Assembly (NCBI GenBank): GCA_024408085.1
Contig: JAKSVH010000003.1
Coordinates: 17,157-81,156 of the forward strand
From: Bacilli bacterium
GTDB lineage: Bacteria > Bacillota_I > Bacilli_A > RFN20 > CAG-826
Length of the DNA: 64,000 nt
Reading direction: 5' to 3'
How positions within the stretch are numbered: the first letter of the stretch is position 1; each line of letters opens with the position of its first letter. Both the position numbers and the translations under genes were made by a program. Under the pieces are notes generated by a model. The model worked only from the letters and a program-made list of their open reading frames with translations, searched no databases and had not been told where the DNA came from. This document shows, piece after piece, positions 18,855 through 27,595 of the stretch.

Positions 18855-18945
18855 TGGCGGAGTAGAAGGGGTTCGAACCCTTGCGCCAGTTACCCGACCT
18901 AACGGTTTAGCAAACCGTCCCCTTGAGCCTCTTGGGTACTACTCC
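18855..18945 (-). tRNA. tRNA-Ser (anticodon GCT)
   Basis: Acceptor GGAGTAG/CTACTCC, anticodon arm ACGGT-TTGCTAA-ACCGT, long variable arm, encoded CCA. Confidence 0.9.
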
Positions 18946-19008
18946 AAGCGAAAAGTATTATAACATTATTTTTATTTAAATAAAGCGAAAACATTGTATA
19001 ATTGTGGT

Positions 19009-19677
19009 ATGAAATTTCCAATTCCTGCTTATATTTTCTTGGGATTGTTCGTTGTAGCATCAATAATTCAACTCATTTTTGCATTTATTGAAAATCAAAA
19101 ATTAAGAAGAAGAGAAAAATTTTTGTGCTTGCTCATGCTTGGCATTGCAGCAGTATTCGCATTCCCAAATGAACCACTTATATATGTCGGAGCATTCATA
19201 GGAATGTTAGGAGATATACTTGTCCTAAGAAAGAAAACATTTATTGCCGGAACAGTTGCGTTTTTAATTGGTCATCTTTGCTACATTTTTGAAGCACTTT
19301 GGCATATTGTTGGTTTCGAAAATATTTTAGTCTGGCAACCAATCGTAATTGCAGGAACATTTTTAGCAGTTTTTACAGCAATGTTCTTGGTTTGCAAATT
19401 CAAAACAAATCACAGCAAAGTTGATGTAATTGGACAGTCAGTTTATTTCGCTGTTCAAACAGCTTATATTCCAACATTTATTTTCTCAATTATTCAAGCA
19501 GGAAATACTATGTATTTTTCTTTAGTTGGCGCAATCTTATTTATCTTATCTGATTGTATTCTTGTTAAAACCCACTTCGGAAGCAAATTTAAAAGGTACG
19601 ATTTTTACATTATGCTCACGTACCTTTTAGCAGAAGTATTTATTATTTCTGGTTTCGTATTAACTTTAGCAATTTAA
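19009..19677 (+). CDS. YhhN-family (lysoplasmalogenase-like) membrane protein
   Basis: Multi-TM protein with GDILVL, FLIGHLCY and FILSDCIL motifs. ATG 19009 lies 6 nt after TATAAT (18997-19002). Confidence 0.65.
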   Translation: MKFPIPAYIFLGLFVVASIIQLIFAFIENQKLRRREKFLCLLMLGIAAVFAFPNEPLIYVGAFIGMLGDILVLRKKTFIAGTVAFLIGHLCYIFEALWHIVGFENILVWQPIVIAGTFLAVFTAMFLVCKFKTNHSKVDVIGQSVYFAVQTAYIPTFIFSIIQAGNTMYFSLVGAILFILSDCILVKTHFGSKFKRYDFYIMLTYLLAEVFIISGFVLTLAI

Positions 19678-20267
19678 ATTAAGTTTATAGATTTTAAATA
19701 CTCGATTAATTGTGCCATAGCTTTTGCACGATGAGAGTATTTATTTTTTACGTCTTCAGAAGCTGTTCCGAAGCATTGCTTTGCTTCATTAGAATAGAAG
19801 ATTGGATCATAGCCAAATCCACCTTCTCCTTCAGGTTTAGAAAGTATGATTCCTGGGCAAATTCCCTTGAAAATCACTGGTTTTTCCTCAACATTTAGCA
19901 AAGTAATGACACATGTGAAGAAGGCTGATTTGTCTTCATATGGTTCAAGTTTTTTAATTAGTTCTGGATTAGCAAATTTATTGCCTCCGCATGAATCTGC
20001 GAAACGTGAAGAATGAATTCCAGGGAAGTTATTTAATGCAACAACATTTAAACCAGAATCATCTGCAATAATTGGCATTTTTGTAAATTCAGCTAAAGCC
20101 TTGGCTTTAATTAAAGAATTAGCTTCGTATGTTTCTCCGTTCTCGTCAGGATTGACATTAATTCCTAATTCTTTTGGAGAATGAATCTTAATATCGTAGC
20201 CTGAAAACATCTCTTCATACTCATGAATTTTATGTTGATTATTAGAGGCTACAAGTAATTCAAACAT
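19674..20267 (-). CDS. rdgB: Non-canonical purine NTP pyrophosphatase (RdgB/HAM1 family)
   Basis: ASNNQHK N-terminus and GFGYDPIF motif. Confidence 0.88.
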   Translation of the reverse strand: MFELLVASNNQHKIHEYEEMFSGYDIKIHSPKELGINVNPDENGETYEANSLIKAKALAEFTKMPIIADDSGLNVVALNNFPGIHSSRFADSCGGNKFANPELIKKLEPYEDKSAFFTCVITLLNVEEKPVIFKGICPGIILSKPEGEGGFGYDPIFYSNEAKQCFGTASEDVKNKYSHRAKAMAQLIEYLKSINLI

Positions 20268-20268
20268 A

Positions 20269-21300
20269 TTATAAATTAAATGTTATTCCTGCGTTGGATA
20301 AGACAAGATAAGCAATGTATGATCCAATCAATAAAGTGGCAAAAACATATAGAATTATGCGGGATTTTACATTGTTTTTGAAGTTTTTGGAACGAATAAA
20401 TAAGATAGATGCACATACAATAAGCAATGCAAAAACGGTACCAATAATTAAGTACAATGGTGTTGGATCAACTGCTGTATTGATTATGTATAATGGACCA
20501 GTTTTGAATGATAATGCATCGGCGATTGCAAGAATAATAATATTAAAGGCACAGCTACCAAAGATATCTCCATAAGCTGCATCAAAGTTTTTCTTTTTGC
20601 AAAGAGTGATGGTGGCGGTGACTTCTGGAAGTGAAGTAGCAAGGCCAAGGAATAATGATCCACCAAAGGTGGCACCAATTCCAAAACCGCTAACAACTTC
20701 ATCTGTTATATATGTAACACCGATTGAAGCACCGATTAATAAAACTGAACAAATTGCGAATAAAATCCAAATTTGTTTAACTGTAAGTTTTGATTTATCT
20801 TCTTCTTTTTCTTTTTCTTCGGTTTTTGGAGTTTTCCAAACTGAAACAATGTATATTGCAATAATTGCAAATGACATTGGATTGAAGTAGCCACCAATTA
20901 ACCAACCTTGTCTATTAAAGACAAAAGCTGCAACTGTAACTGCAACAACCATTGCAAGAGTGAAGAACATTGTGTAGTAATGTTGTTTACCAACCTTGCC
21001 TTCAGTAAGTTTTCTAAAGAACAAGAAGTAAACAACACCAAAGATAATGATATCGAAGAAATCACTACCCATAATATTTCCAAGAACAAGTTGATTGTTT
21101 CCAAGTCCAATTGTTCCGGTTAAAGATGTAAATAATTCTGGTAACGAAGTTACAGCAGCTAAAAGAATGCCGCCAAGAAGTGCACCAGAGAGTTTTGTCT
21201 TTTTATCTAGCAAGTCAACATAGTTGGATAACTTGATAGCTAAAAATACAACAACTGCTGCTAATGCTAGATAAATTAATAACCAACCTGTAGGTGTCAT
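20269..21300 (-). CDS. Sodium/calcium exchanger (CaCA, YrbG-like) membrane protein
   Basis: Two alpha-repeat motifs, GNIMGSDFFDI and GDIFGSCAFNI. Confidence 0.75.
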   Translation of the reverse strand: MTPTGWLLIYLALAAVVVFLAIKLSNYVDLLDKKTKLSGALLGGILLAAVTSLPELFTSLTGTIGLGNNQLVLGNIMGSDFFDIIIFGVVYFLFFRKLTEGKVGKQHYYTMFFTLAMVVAVTVAAFVFNRQGWLIGGYFNPMSFAIIAIYIVSVWKTPKTEEKEKEEDKSKLTVKQIWILFAICSVLLIGASIGVTYITDEVVSGFGIGATFGGSLFLGLATSLPEVTATITLCKKKNFDAAYGDIFGSCAFNIIILAIADALSFKTGPLYIINTAVDPTPLYLIIGTVFALLIVCASILFIRSKNFKNNVKSRIILYVFATLLIGSYIAYLVLSNAGITFNL

Positions 21301-21323
21301 ATGGAATAGTATTATATACTAAT

Positions 21324-21346
21324 AAAAAAATGCTGACAATCAGCAC
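21324..21346 (-). terminator. Terminator after the P-loop kinase-like gene
   Basis: Stem TGCTGA / TCAGCA followed on the minus strand by TTTTTTT. Confidence 0.55.
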
Positions 21347-21348
21347 TT

Positions 21349-21909
21349 TCATATTTCTTCAAAAAGAAAGGTTTCGATTGTTTTGAATAATTTTTCATCA
21401 GTTTGATAAGAAAAATTGTTAGCATTTATTTTAATAAAGTCGTATTTATTTGAGTCTATCCTATTGCTAAAAATATAAGATTTAAATTCTTCAAAGTTAC
21501 TAAAGTCTTGGCTTAAATGAGCAGGATGTCTATTTTCAAATTTGATTCTGTGATTATATCTACTAAATATAATGTTTGGATCACCTTGAAACTCAATAAT
21601 TAGTACTTTAGCATTATTCTTTTTTGCTAATTCATTTATTTTATCAATCTCATAATCTCTGAAATTTGCTTCAACAATTATGTCTTTATTTTCAGAAATA
21701 TTTTTATTAATTGCCTCAATCTGTTGGTTTACTGCCATAATTGAGAGTCTTCTGTTTTCTTCTCTATTTTTAAAACCAATAGTGTCCGCTAAATGTTCTT
21801 TAATATAATCTTTGACAAAAAGATCAATGTTGTATTTTTTTGAAATAATATTAGCAAATGTGGTTTTCCCACAAGCTAAATCTCCAGTTAAAACAATAAT
21901 CTTTTTCAT
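21349..21909 (-). CDS. P-loop NTPase / small-molecule kinase-like protein (AAA_33 / zeta-toxin-like fold class)
   Basis: Walker A GDLACGKTT at the N-terminus; 186 aa; no other recognisable motif. Confidence 0.55.
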   Translation of the reverse strand: MKKIIVLTGDLACGKTTFANIISKKYNIDLFVKDYIKEHLADTIGFKNREENRRLSIMAVNQQIEAINKNISENKDIIVEANFRDYEIDKINELAKKNNAKVLIIEFQGDPNIIFSRYNHRIKFENRHPAHLSQDFSNFEEFKSYIFSNRIDSNKYDFIKINANNFSYQTDEKLFKTIETFLFEEI

Positions 21910-21958
21910 AAATAAATTTTAAATTAAAAGGTTTGCAATCGCAAACCTTATTTTGTAA

Positions 21959-22032
21959 TGGAGCAGATGGCGGGAATCGAACCCGTATAGTCAGCTTGGA
22001 AGGCTGAAGTTCTACCACTGAACTACATCTGC
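21959..22032 (-). tRNA. tRNA-Gly (anticodon TCC)
   Basis: GCAGATG acceptor, anticodon arm TCAGC-CTTCCAA-GCTGA, T-loop TTCGATT, encoded CCA. Confidence 0.9.
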
Positions 22033-22035
22033 AAC

Positions 22036-22111
22036 TGGCGGAACATACGAGAGTCGAACTCGTCTCGCCTCCGTGACAGGGAGGCATCATAAACCGATAG
22101 ACCAATGTTCC
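22036..22111 (-). tRNA. tRNA-Asp (anticodon GTC)
   Basis: GGAACAT/ATGTTCC acceptor, anticodon arm CCTCC-CTGTCAC-GGAGG, T arm ACGAG-TTCGACT-CTCGT, encoded CCA. One D-stem mismatch. Confidence 0.85.
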
Positions 22112-22162
22112 TAATCAGCGAAAAAAATATTATCACAATCTTTTATTTAAATAAAGATTTTT

Positions 22163-22462
22163 TTACTTAATGAATTCTCTAAGCCTTTCAATTGGCATGT
22201 ATCCAAGATCTCTTTTTACGAATTTTCCATCCTTAAATAAGAGAAGCGTTGGGATCGACATAACTCTGAACATTCTTGCAACTTCTGGGACAAAATCTGT
22301 GTTAATTTTAACGATTTTCACCGGTAATTCCCCATCTAATTGCTCTAAAACGGGTGCAAGCATTTGGCATGGTCCACACCAATCTGCATAGAAATCTACA
22401 ATAACTAATTCGCCTTGAACTTCCTTTTCAAAGTCGTTAGCGTTTTCTAAATGTACAATCAT
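22163..22462 (-). CDS. trxA: Thioredoxin
   Basis: WCGPC active site; 99 aa; GGAGG Shine-Dalgarno. Confidence 0.92.
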   Translation of the reverse strand: MIVHLENANDFEKEVQGELVIVDFYADWCGPCQMLAPVLEQLDGELPVKIVKINTDFVPEVARMFRVMSIPTLLLFKDGKFVKRDLGYMPIERLREFIK

Positions 22463-22480
22463 AATTTACCTCCATCAAAA

Positions 22481-23335
22481 TTATATGAGACTAAAAATTA
22501 AAAAGATAATAAGAATATGTAATGGTAAGTATAGGTAAGCGCCATACTTAAACCATTTTTTATCATAACCTCTTTTTCCGTTATAGAAAAGAAGTGGAAT
22601 ACATGCGAACGCTGCAATTGCTTGATAATCAAAGAAGAAATATGAAATTCCTGATACCTTAAATAATATATAGAATAAGAAGACAACAAATAAAACAACA
22701 AATGCATTAATAATGTTTTCTGCATACCTTTCGTAAGGTGTATCAGTTAGGTTTTCAGTAGCAGATCCACCGTTCTTCAAGATGAGTTTTGCAAGAGGTT
22801 TCGAGTAATAAAAACCAAGGGCTAAAAGTATATCAAAAAGTGCGTATGGAAGACGTAAGAAAAATGGCATCCAAAGTATGTTGATATTTTGTGTTCTTTC
22901 GATGTTTACAACTACAAATGAAGTGATGATAAATCCGATGCTTAAAATTGCAAAAAATGAGTACTTATCTTTACGTTTCAAAAGATAGATTGAAACAGCC
23001 ACAATTAAGACATCTAAAATTGGTGAATAAAATGACTCAACTTGGTTGTTAATTGTGTAGTAAAAAACTACTTGTCCAATAAGAAAAACTGCTGCGATAA
23101 TTCCGAGTTTTAGAGCATACTTTCCGAAGTGTTTTGTATGTCTAACTCCTTCGACAATAATGAAGACAAAAAGAGGAAAAGCCAAACGGCCTAAAAATCT
23201 AAAAATATCGCCGATTTGCTGGGTATTTTGAAGATTTTGCAGGAAAATTCCAACATGATCAAGCGTCATGAAAACAATAGCAATTACCTTCAAAATGAAG
23301 TTAGAAATAAACTGGTAATTTCTCTTATTTTCCAT
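22481..23335 (-). CDS. TraX-family membrane protein
   Basis: Polytopic membrane protein with an N-terminal FMTLDHVG motif typical of the TraX family. Confidence 0.6.
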   Translation of the reverse strand: MENKRNYQFISNFILKVIAIVFMTLDHVGIFLQNLQNTQQIGDIFRFLGRLAFPLFVFIIVEGVRHTKHFGKYALKLGIIAAVFLIGQVVFYYTINNQVESFYSPILDVLIVAVSIYLLKRKDKYSFFAILSIGFIITSFVVVNIERTQNINILWMPFFLRLPYALFDILLALGFYYSKPLAKLILKNGGSATENLTDTPYERYAENIINAFVVLFVVFLFYILFKVSGISYFFFDYQAIAAFACIPLLFYNGKRGYDKKWFKYGAYLYLPLHILIIFLIFSLI

Positions 23336-24147
23336 TAGTGAAACACTCCTAGAATTACGGATGCTGGAATAAGTGAAACAACGTTATTTAAAATGTGTGC
23401 AGTAACAGAGCCTGCAAAGCCATAATTGTCGTACATAAATGTTAGAGCAAAAGCAGCAAAAATATAGTATGGTAAATTAAGCAATTCATTAGCTATATTT
23501 GCCATGTCAAAATTGAAGTGAATTAAGGTGAAAACTATGATTGTAACTGCATAGGCTAAATACTTATTAATTCTCTTGAAAAATGAGAACAATCCAACAC
23601 GGTAAGTTAGCTCTTCACAAATAGGTCCAATAAACCCAAAAATTATGAGTGCTGTAAGAGGATAACTTTCAGATGTTACATCAATTGCTTGTTGATTGTC
23701 GTTTCCAGAAATTTGTACGCCGGCAAGTTGTAAAATCATTGAGTAAATCATTCCGAACAAAATGATTGTTAAAAAGCACAAAACAGCAGCTACATAAGGT
23801 TGCCATTTTTTAAAACTACTTAATAATTTTTTAATATCAACATTTACAATCGCAAATAAAATTATAAATAAAAGAGCATAAACAACAGCATTTAAAATCA
23901 TGTTAAGTAAAGTGTTGCTTACTGAACTTGTGTTAAATAAAGAAATTATTAATGAAATAATTACACCTAAAATAGAGAAACCAAAAGAACCAGTTGCAAA
24001 AAGACCAAGTTGTTTTCCAAATGTTAACATTTGGATATTTCTAAAATTTGGATCCAATTGACCGTTTGGGCTATGACATTTTGGACATTCTTTGAATGTC
24101 TCGTCATAGCTATGTTCACAGTGGTTACATTTAACTTTTTTAAACAT
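23335..24147 (-). CDS. CPBP-family intramembrane glutamic endopeptidase with an N-terminal zinc-ribbon
   Basis: CNHC...CPKC ribbon, then TM helices with CPBP motifs EELTYR, HFNF and HILNN. Confidence 0.7.
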   Translation of the reverse strand: MFKKVKCNHCEHSYDETFKECPKCHSPNGQLDPNFRNIQMLTFGKQLGLFATGSFGFSILGVIISLIISLFNTSSVSNTLLNMILNAVVYALLFIILFAIVNVDIKKLLSSFKKWQPYVAAVLCFLTIILFGMIYSMILQLAGVQISGNDNQQAIDVTSESYPLTALIIFGFIGPICEELTYRVGLFSFFKRINKYLAYAVTIIVFTLIHFNFDMANIANELLNLPYYIFAAFALTFMYDNYGFAGSVTAHILNNVVSLIPASVILGVFH

Positions 24148-24197
24148 TGTTATTCAATTATATTCTTTTTCTAAGAAAAAATGTATAATTAATCTTA

Positions 24198-24791
24198 ATG
24201 TTTACGATTTTAGAAAGAAACGAAATAACTTTGATTAGGGACAGATCCTCATTTATTGGGGTTCTTATTCACGCTACAAGTGTTGAATCTGTTAAACAAT
24301 ATCTTATAGATATTAGAAAACAATACCCTAAAGCAAAACATTATTGTTATGCTTACATCATCAATGGGCAAAAGAAATGTTCTGATGACGGAGAACCAGC
24401 AAAAACTGCGGGAAGACCTTTACTCGAATTACTTGAGAAAAAGGAAATGAATGAAGTTTTGCTTATTGTTGTTCGTTACTTTGGCGGAGTTTTACTTGGT
24501 GCATCTAGACTAATGTCTACTTACTTAGAAACCGGTGTTCAAGTAATTAATTCTGCAGACATTGTCGAAATCGAAAACAAGTTTATTTATCGAATGGTTT
24601 TATCCTATTCGGATTATGATGAATTGCAAAGATTTGCAAAAAGAGATGGTTTTGCAATTGAAAATCCTAAATTTGAGGATAAAATTAGTGTTGATGTTTT
24701 GGCAGATGAAAATTTCGGATCAATGTTAGCTGACACATTTCCGCATGCAGACATCGAAGTTTCTGGACAAAAGAAGGTTTATAGAAGGTAA
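24198..24791 (+). CDS. YigZ/IMPACT-family protein
   Basis: UPF0029 motifs KAKHYCYAY and DDGEPAKTAGRP. Confidence 0.75.
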   Translation: MFTILERNEITLIRDRSSFIGVLIHATSVESVKQYLIDIRKQYPKAKHYCYAYIINGQKKCSDDGEPAKTAGRPLLELLEKKEMNEVLLIVVRYFGGVLLGASRLMSTYLETGVQVINSADIVEIENKFIYRMVLSYSDYDELQRFAKRDGFAIENPKFEDKISVDVLADENFGSMLADTFPHADIEVSGQKKVYRR

Positions 24792-24796
24792 AAAGT

Positions 24797-26059
24797 ATGA
24801 TTGATGCAAACGAATACGCAAGAAGAAGAAACGACTTATTTGATTTATTAGATGATAACACAGTTACCATCCTTTTCGCTGGTGTTGGAAAAAAGAAATC
24901 TGGCGATGAAAATTATGATTTCATTCCAAATAAAAATTTCTATTATTTAACAGGAATTAAACAAGAAAATTCCATTTTAATGCTCGTTAAAAGTGATGGT
25001 GAAAAAACGGAATATCTTTTCATTGATGAGCAAGACGAAAAAATCGAAAAATGGACAGGTTATAAACTTTCTCATAAAGAAGCAAAAGAAACTTCAGGAA
25101 TTGGAAATGTGTTTCTTAGAAACACTTTCGATGGAAAACTCCTCGCATTCTTTAATGAAAACGAGAAAAATTACGAACCAATTACAAAGTTCTATTTAGA
25201 CTTAGAAAATGAATTAAAAATTGGCGAATGCAAATCAACTCAACAATACAAAAAGGAACTTGAAGTTGTTCATAAATTAGAAGTAGCAGATGTTCATGAT
25301 TTGATCATGGGAATGAGAATGGTTAAGTCTGATGCTGAAATTGAAATGATTAGAGAAGCTATTGCTTCAACTGAACTCGGTTTAAAGAATGCTTTATTAA
25401 ACCTTGCTCCAGGAAAATATGAATACAATTTACGTAACATTTTTAATTTCACAATTCACGAAGATCAAGATGCTTCGTTAGCGTTCTCTTCAATTGTTGC
25501 TGCTGGTAAAAATGGAGTAGTACTCCATTATCCAAGCCAAAAAGACCAATTAAAAGATGGTGATTTAGTTTTGTTTGATGTTGGAGCTGCAAAAGATTTC
25601 TATTGTGGCGATATTTCAAGAACTTACCCAATTAATGGTAGATTCTCAGACATCCAAAAAGTCATTTATGAAATTGTTTTAAATTGTAACAAACAAACAG
25701 CAGCATTCATGCGCCCAGGCATTACATTAAAAGAAGCAAACGAATTTGCAAAAATGTTCTTAGCAAATGAATGTTTTGAAAAAGGTTTAATTTCTTCAAA
25801 AGAAGAGATTGGAAAAGTTTATTATCACTCAGTCTCCCATCATTTAGGTTTAGATACTCATGATGGCACTGATAGAGTTTCAAAACTTGTTCCAGGTAAC
25901 GTTGTTACCTGTGAACCAGGTTTATATTTTAAAGAATTCGGAATTGGTGTAAGAATTGAAGACGATATTTTAATTACAGACACTGGTTCAGAAGTTCTTT
26001 CCAAGGACATTGTTAAAGAAGTTAAAGACATTGAAAAAATGTTAGGACGCAAAAAATGA
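24797..26059 (+). CDS. Xaa-Pro aminopeptidase (M24B family)
   Basis: AMP_N-like N-terminal domain; metal-ligand motifs DVGA, HHLGLDTHD, EPGLY and IEDD. Confidence 0.85.
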   Translation: MIDANEYARRRNDLFDLLDDNTVTILFAGVGKKKSGDENYDFIPNKNFYYLTGIKQENSILMLVKSDGEKTEYLFIDEQDEKIEKWTGYKLSHKEAKETSGIGNVFLRNTFDGKLLAFFNENEKNYEPITKFYLDLENELKIGECKSTQQYKKELEVVHKLEVADVHDLIMGMRMVKSDAEIEMIREAIASTELGLKNALLNLAPGKYEYNLRNIFNFTIHEDQDASLAFSSIVAAGKNGVVLHYPSQKDQLKDGDLVLFDVGAAKDFYCGDISRTYPINGRFSDIQKVIYEIVLNCNKQTAAFMRPGITLKEANEFAKMFLANECFEKGLISSKEEIGKVYYHSVSHHLGLDTHDGTDRVSKLVPGNVVTCEPGLYFKEFGIGVRIEDDILITDTGSEVLSKDIVKEVKDIEKMLGRKK

Positions 26060-27534
26060 AAAAATATATTCTTTCCATTGATCAAGGCACAACCTCCTCA
26101 AGAGCAATTCTTTTTGATAAGAATGGTTCTTTAGTTTCATCAGCTGCAAAAGAATTTCAACTTTTCTATCCAAAAGAAGGATACGTTGAAGCTGATGCAG
26201 TGGAGATTTGGAGTTCAGTTGTTGATGTTGTAAATAATGTTTTAATTAAAGCAAATGCTAAGTGGTCAGAGATCGATTCTATCGGTATCACAAATCAACG
26301 CGAAACTACGGTAATTTGGGAAAAAAAGACGGGAAAACCCGTATATAATGCCATTATTTGGCAATCCAGACAATCACAATATGTCTGTGAAAAATTAGCT
26401 AAAAAAGAGACAATAATTCACAATAAAACCGGATTGATTATTAACCCATATTTTTCAGCTTCCAAGATTAGATTTATTTTAGATAAAGTTGAAGGTGCAC
26501 AAAGTCGTGCTGAAAAAGGAGAATTACTTTTTGGTACAATTGACACTTGGTTAATTTGGAAACTTACAAATGGTAAAGTTCATGCAACCGATACAACAAA
26601 TGCATCAAGAACTTTATTATTCAATATTAATACTTTGAAATGGGACAAGGATTTGCTTGAAATGTTTAACGTTCCAGCAAAGATGTTGCCAGAAGTTTAT
26701 TCAAGTAAACATGACTATGGAAAAATTGCATATTTCAATCGCGATGTTCATATTCTTGGAGTCGCAGGAGATCAACAAGCTTCACTCTTTGGACACACTT
26801 GTTTTAAAGAAGGAGAATGCAAGAATACATACGGAACCGGTTGTTTTATGTTAATGAACACTGGCGAGAAACCAATCCTTTCAAAGAAAGGATTATTAAC
26901 TACAATTGCTTGGACAATTGATGGAAAAACTACTTACGCATTAGAAGGTTCAGTCTTCATTGGTGGTGCAGCAATTCAATGGTTAAGAGATGGTTTAAAA
27001 GTTATTAAAGAAGCACCTGAAGCAGATGAATCCGCAATGAAAGTTCCAGACAATGGTGGAGTCTATTTTGTTCCAGCATTTGTAGGACTTGGAACTCCTT
27101 ATTGGGATGATGATGTTCGCGGAACAATCTTTGGAATGACTCGCGCAACAAATAGACATCATATTGTTCGTGCAACATTAGAAGCGATTGCATTCCAATC
27201 AAAAGATGTTTTCGACATTATGTCTGAAGAATCTCAAATTGAAATTAAATCCCTTCAAGTTGATGGCGGTGCAACAAATTCAAATGTCTTAATGCAATTC
27301 CAATCAGACATTCTTCAAATTGACATTCAAAAACCATGTTGCTTAGAGTCAACAGCACTTGGCGTTTGCTATCTTGCAGGTCTTCAATCAGGCTTCTTTA
27401 AATCAATGAAACATATCAAAGAATGCCACGATCTAAAAGCTAGCTTCTCACCAAAAATATCCGAGAAAACAGCACAAAATCTCTCAAATTCCTGGGCGAA
27501 TGCAGTAAAAGCTGCCAGATCATTCAAAGCTTAA
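26056..27534 (+). CDS. glpK: Glycerol kinase
   Basis: IDQGTTSSRAILFD and GDQQASLFG motifs; 492 aa. Confidence 0.95.
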   Translation: MKKYILSIDQGTTSSRAILFDKNGSLVSSAAKEFQLFYPKEGYVEADAVEIWSSVVDVVNNVLIKANAKWSEIDSIGITNQRETTVIWEKKTGKPVYNAIIWQSRQSQYVCEKLAKKETIIHNKTGLIINPYFSASKIRFILDKVEGAQSRAEKGELLFGTIDTWLIWKLTNGKVHATDTTNASRTLLFNINTLKWDKDLLEMFNVPAKMLPEVYSSKHDYGKIAYFNRDVHILGVAGDQQASLFGHTCFKEGECKNTYGTGCFMLMNTGEKPILSKKGLLTTIAWTIDGKTTYALEGSVFIGGAAIQWLRDGLKVIKEAPEADESAMKVPDNGGVYFVPAFVGLGTPYWDDDVRGTIFGMTRATNRHHIVRATLEAIAFQSKDVFDIMSEESQIEIKSLQVDGGATNSNVLMQFQSDILQIDIQKPCCLESTALGVCYLAGLQSGFFKSMKHIKECHDLKASFSPKISEKTAQNLSNSWANAVKAARSFKA

Positions 27535-27550
27535 TTCTTATTAATATATA

Positions 27551-27585
27551 AAAAATGACAACCCTCGCGAGTTGTCATTTTTAAT
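27551..27585. terminator. Bidirectional terminator between glpK and the convergent kinase gene
   Basis: Stem ATGACAAC / GTTGTCAT flanked by AAAAA and TTTTT. Confidence 0.7.
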
Positions 27586-27595
27586 TGTTTTGTTA

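Noticed and set aside
21851-22105. 84-aa ORF spanning the tRNA-Gly/tRNA-Asp region
   Set aside because: It is the translation of two tRNA genes and their spacer, so it is not a protein-coding gene. Likewise, 11707-11895 overlaps tRNA-Ser(CGA).
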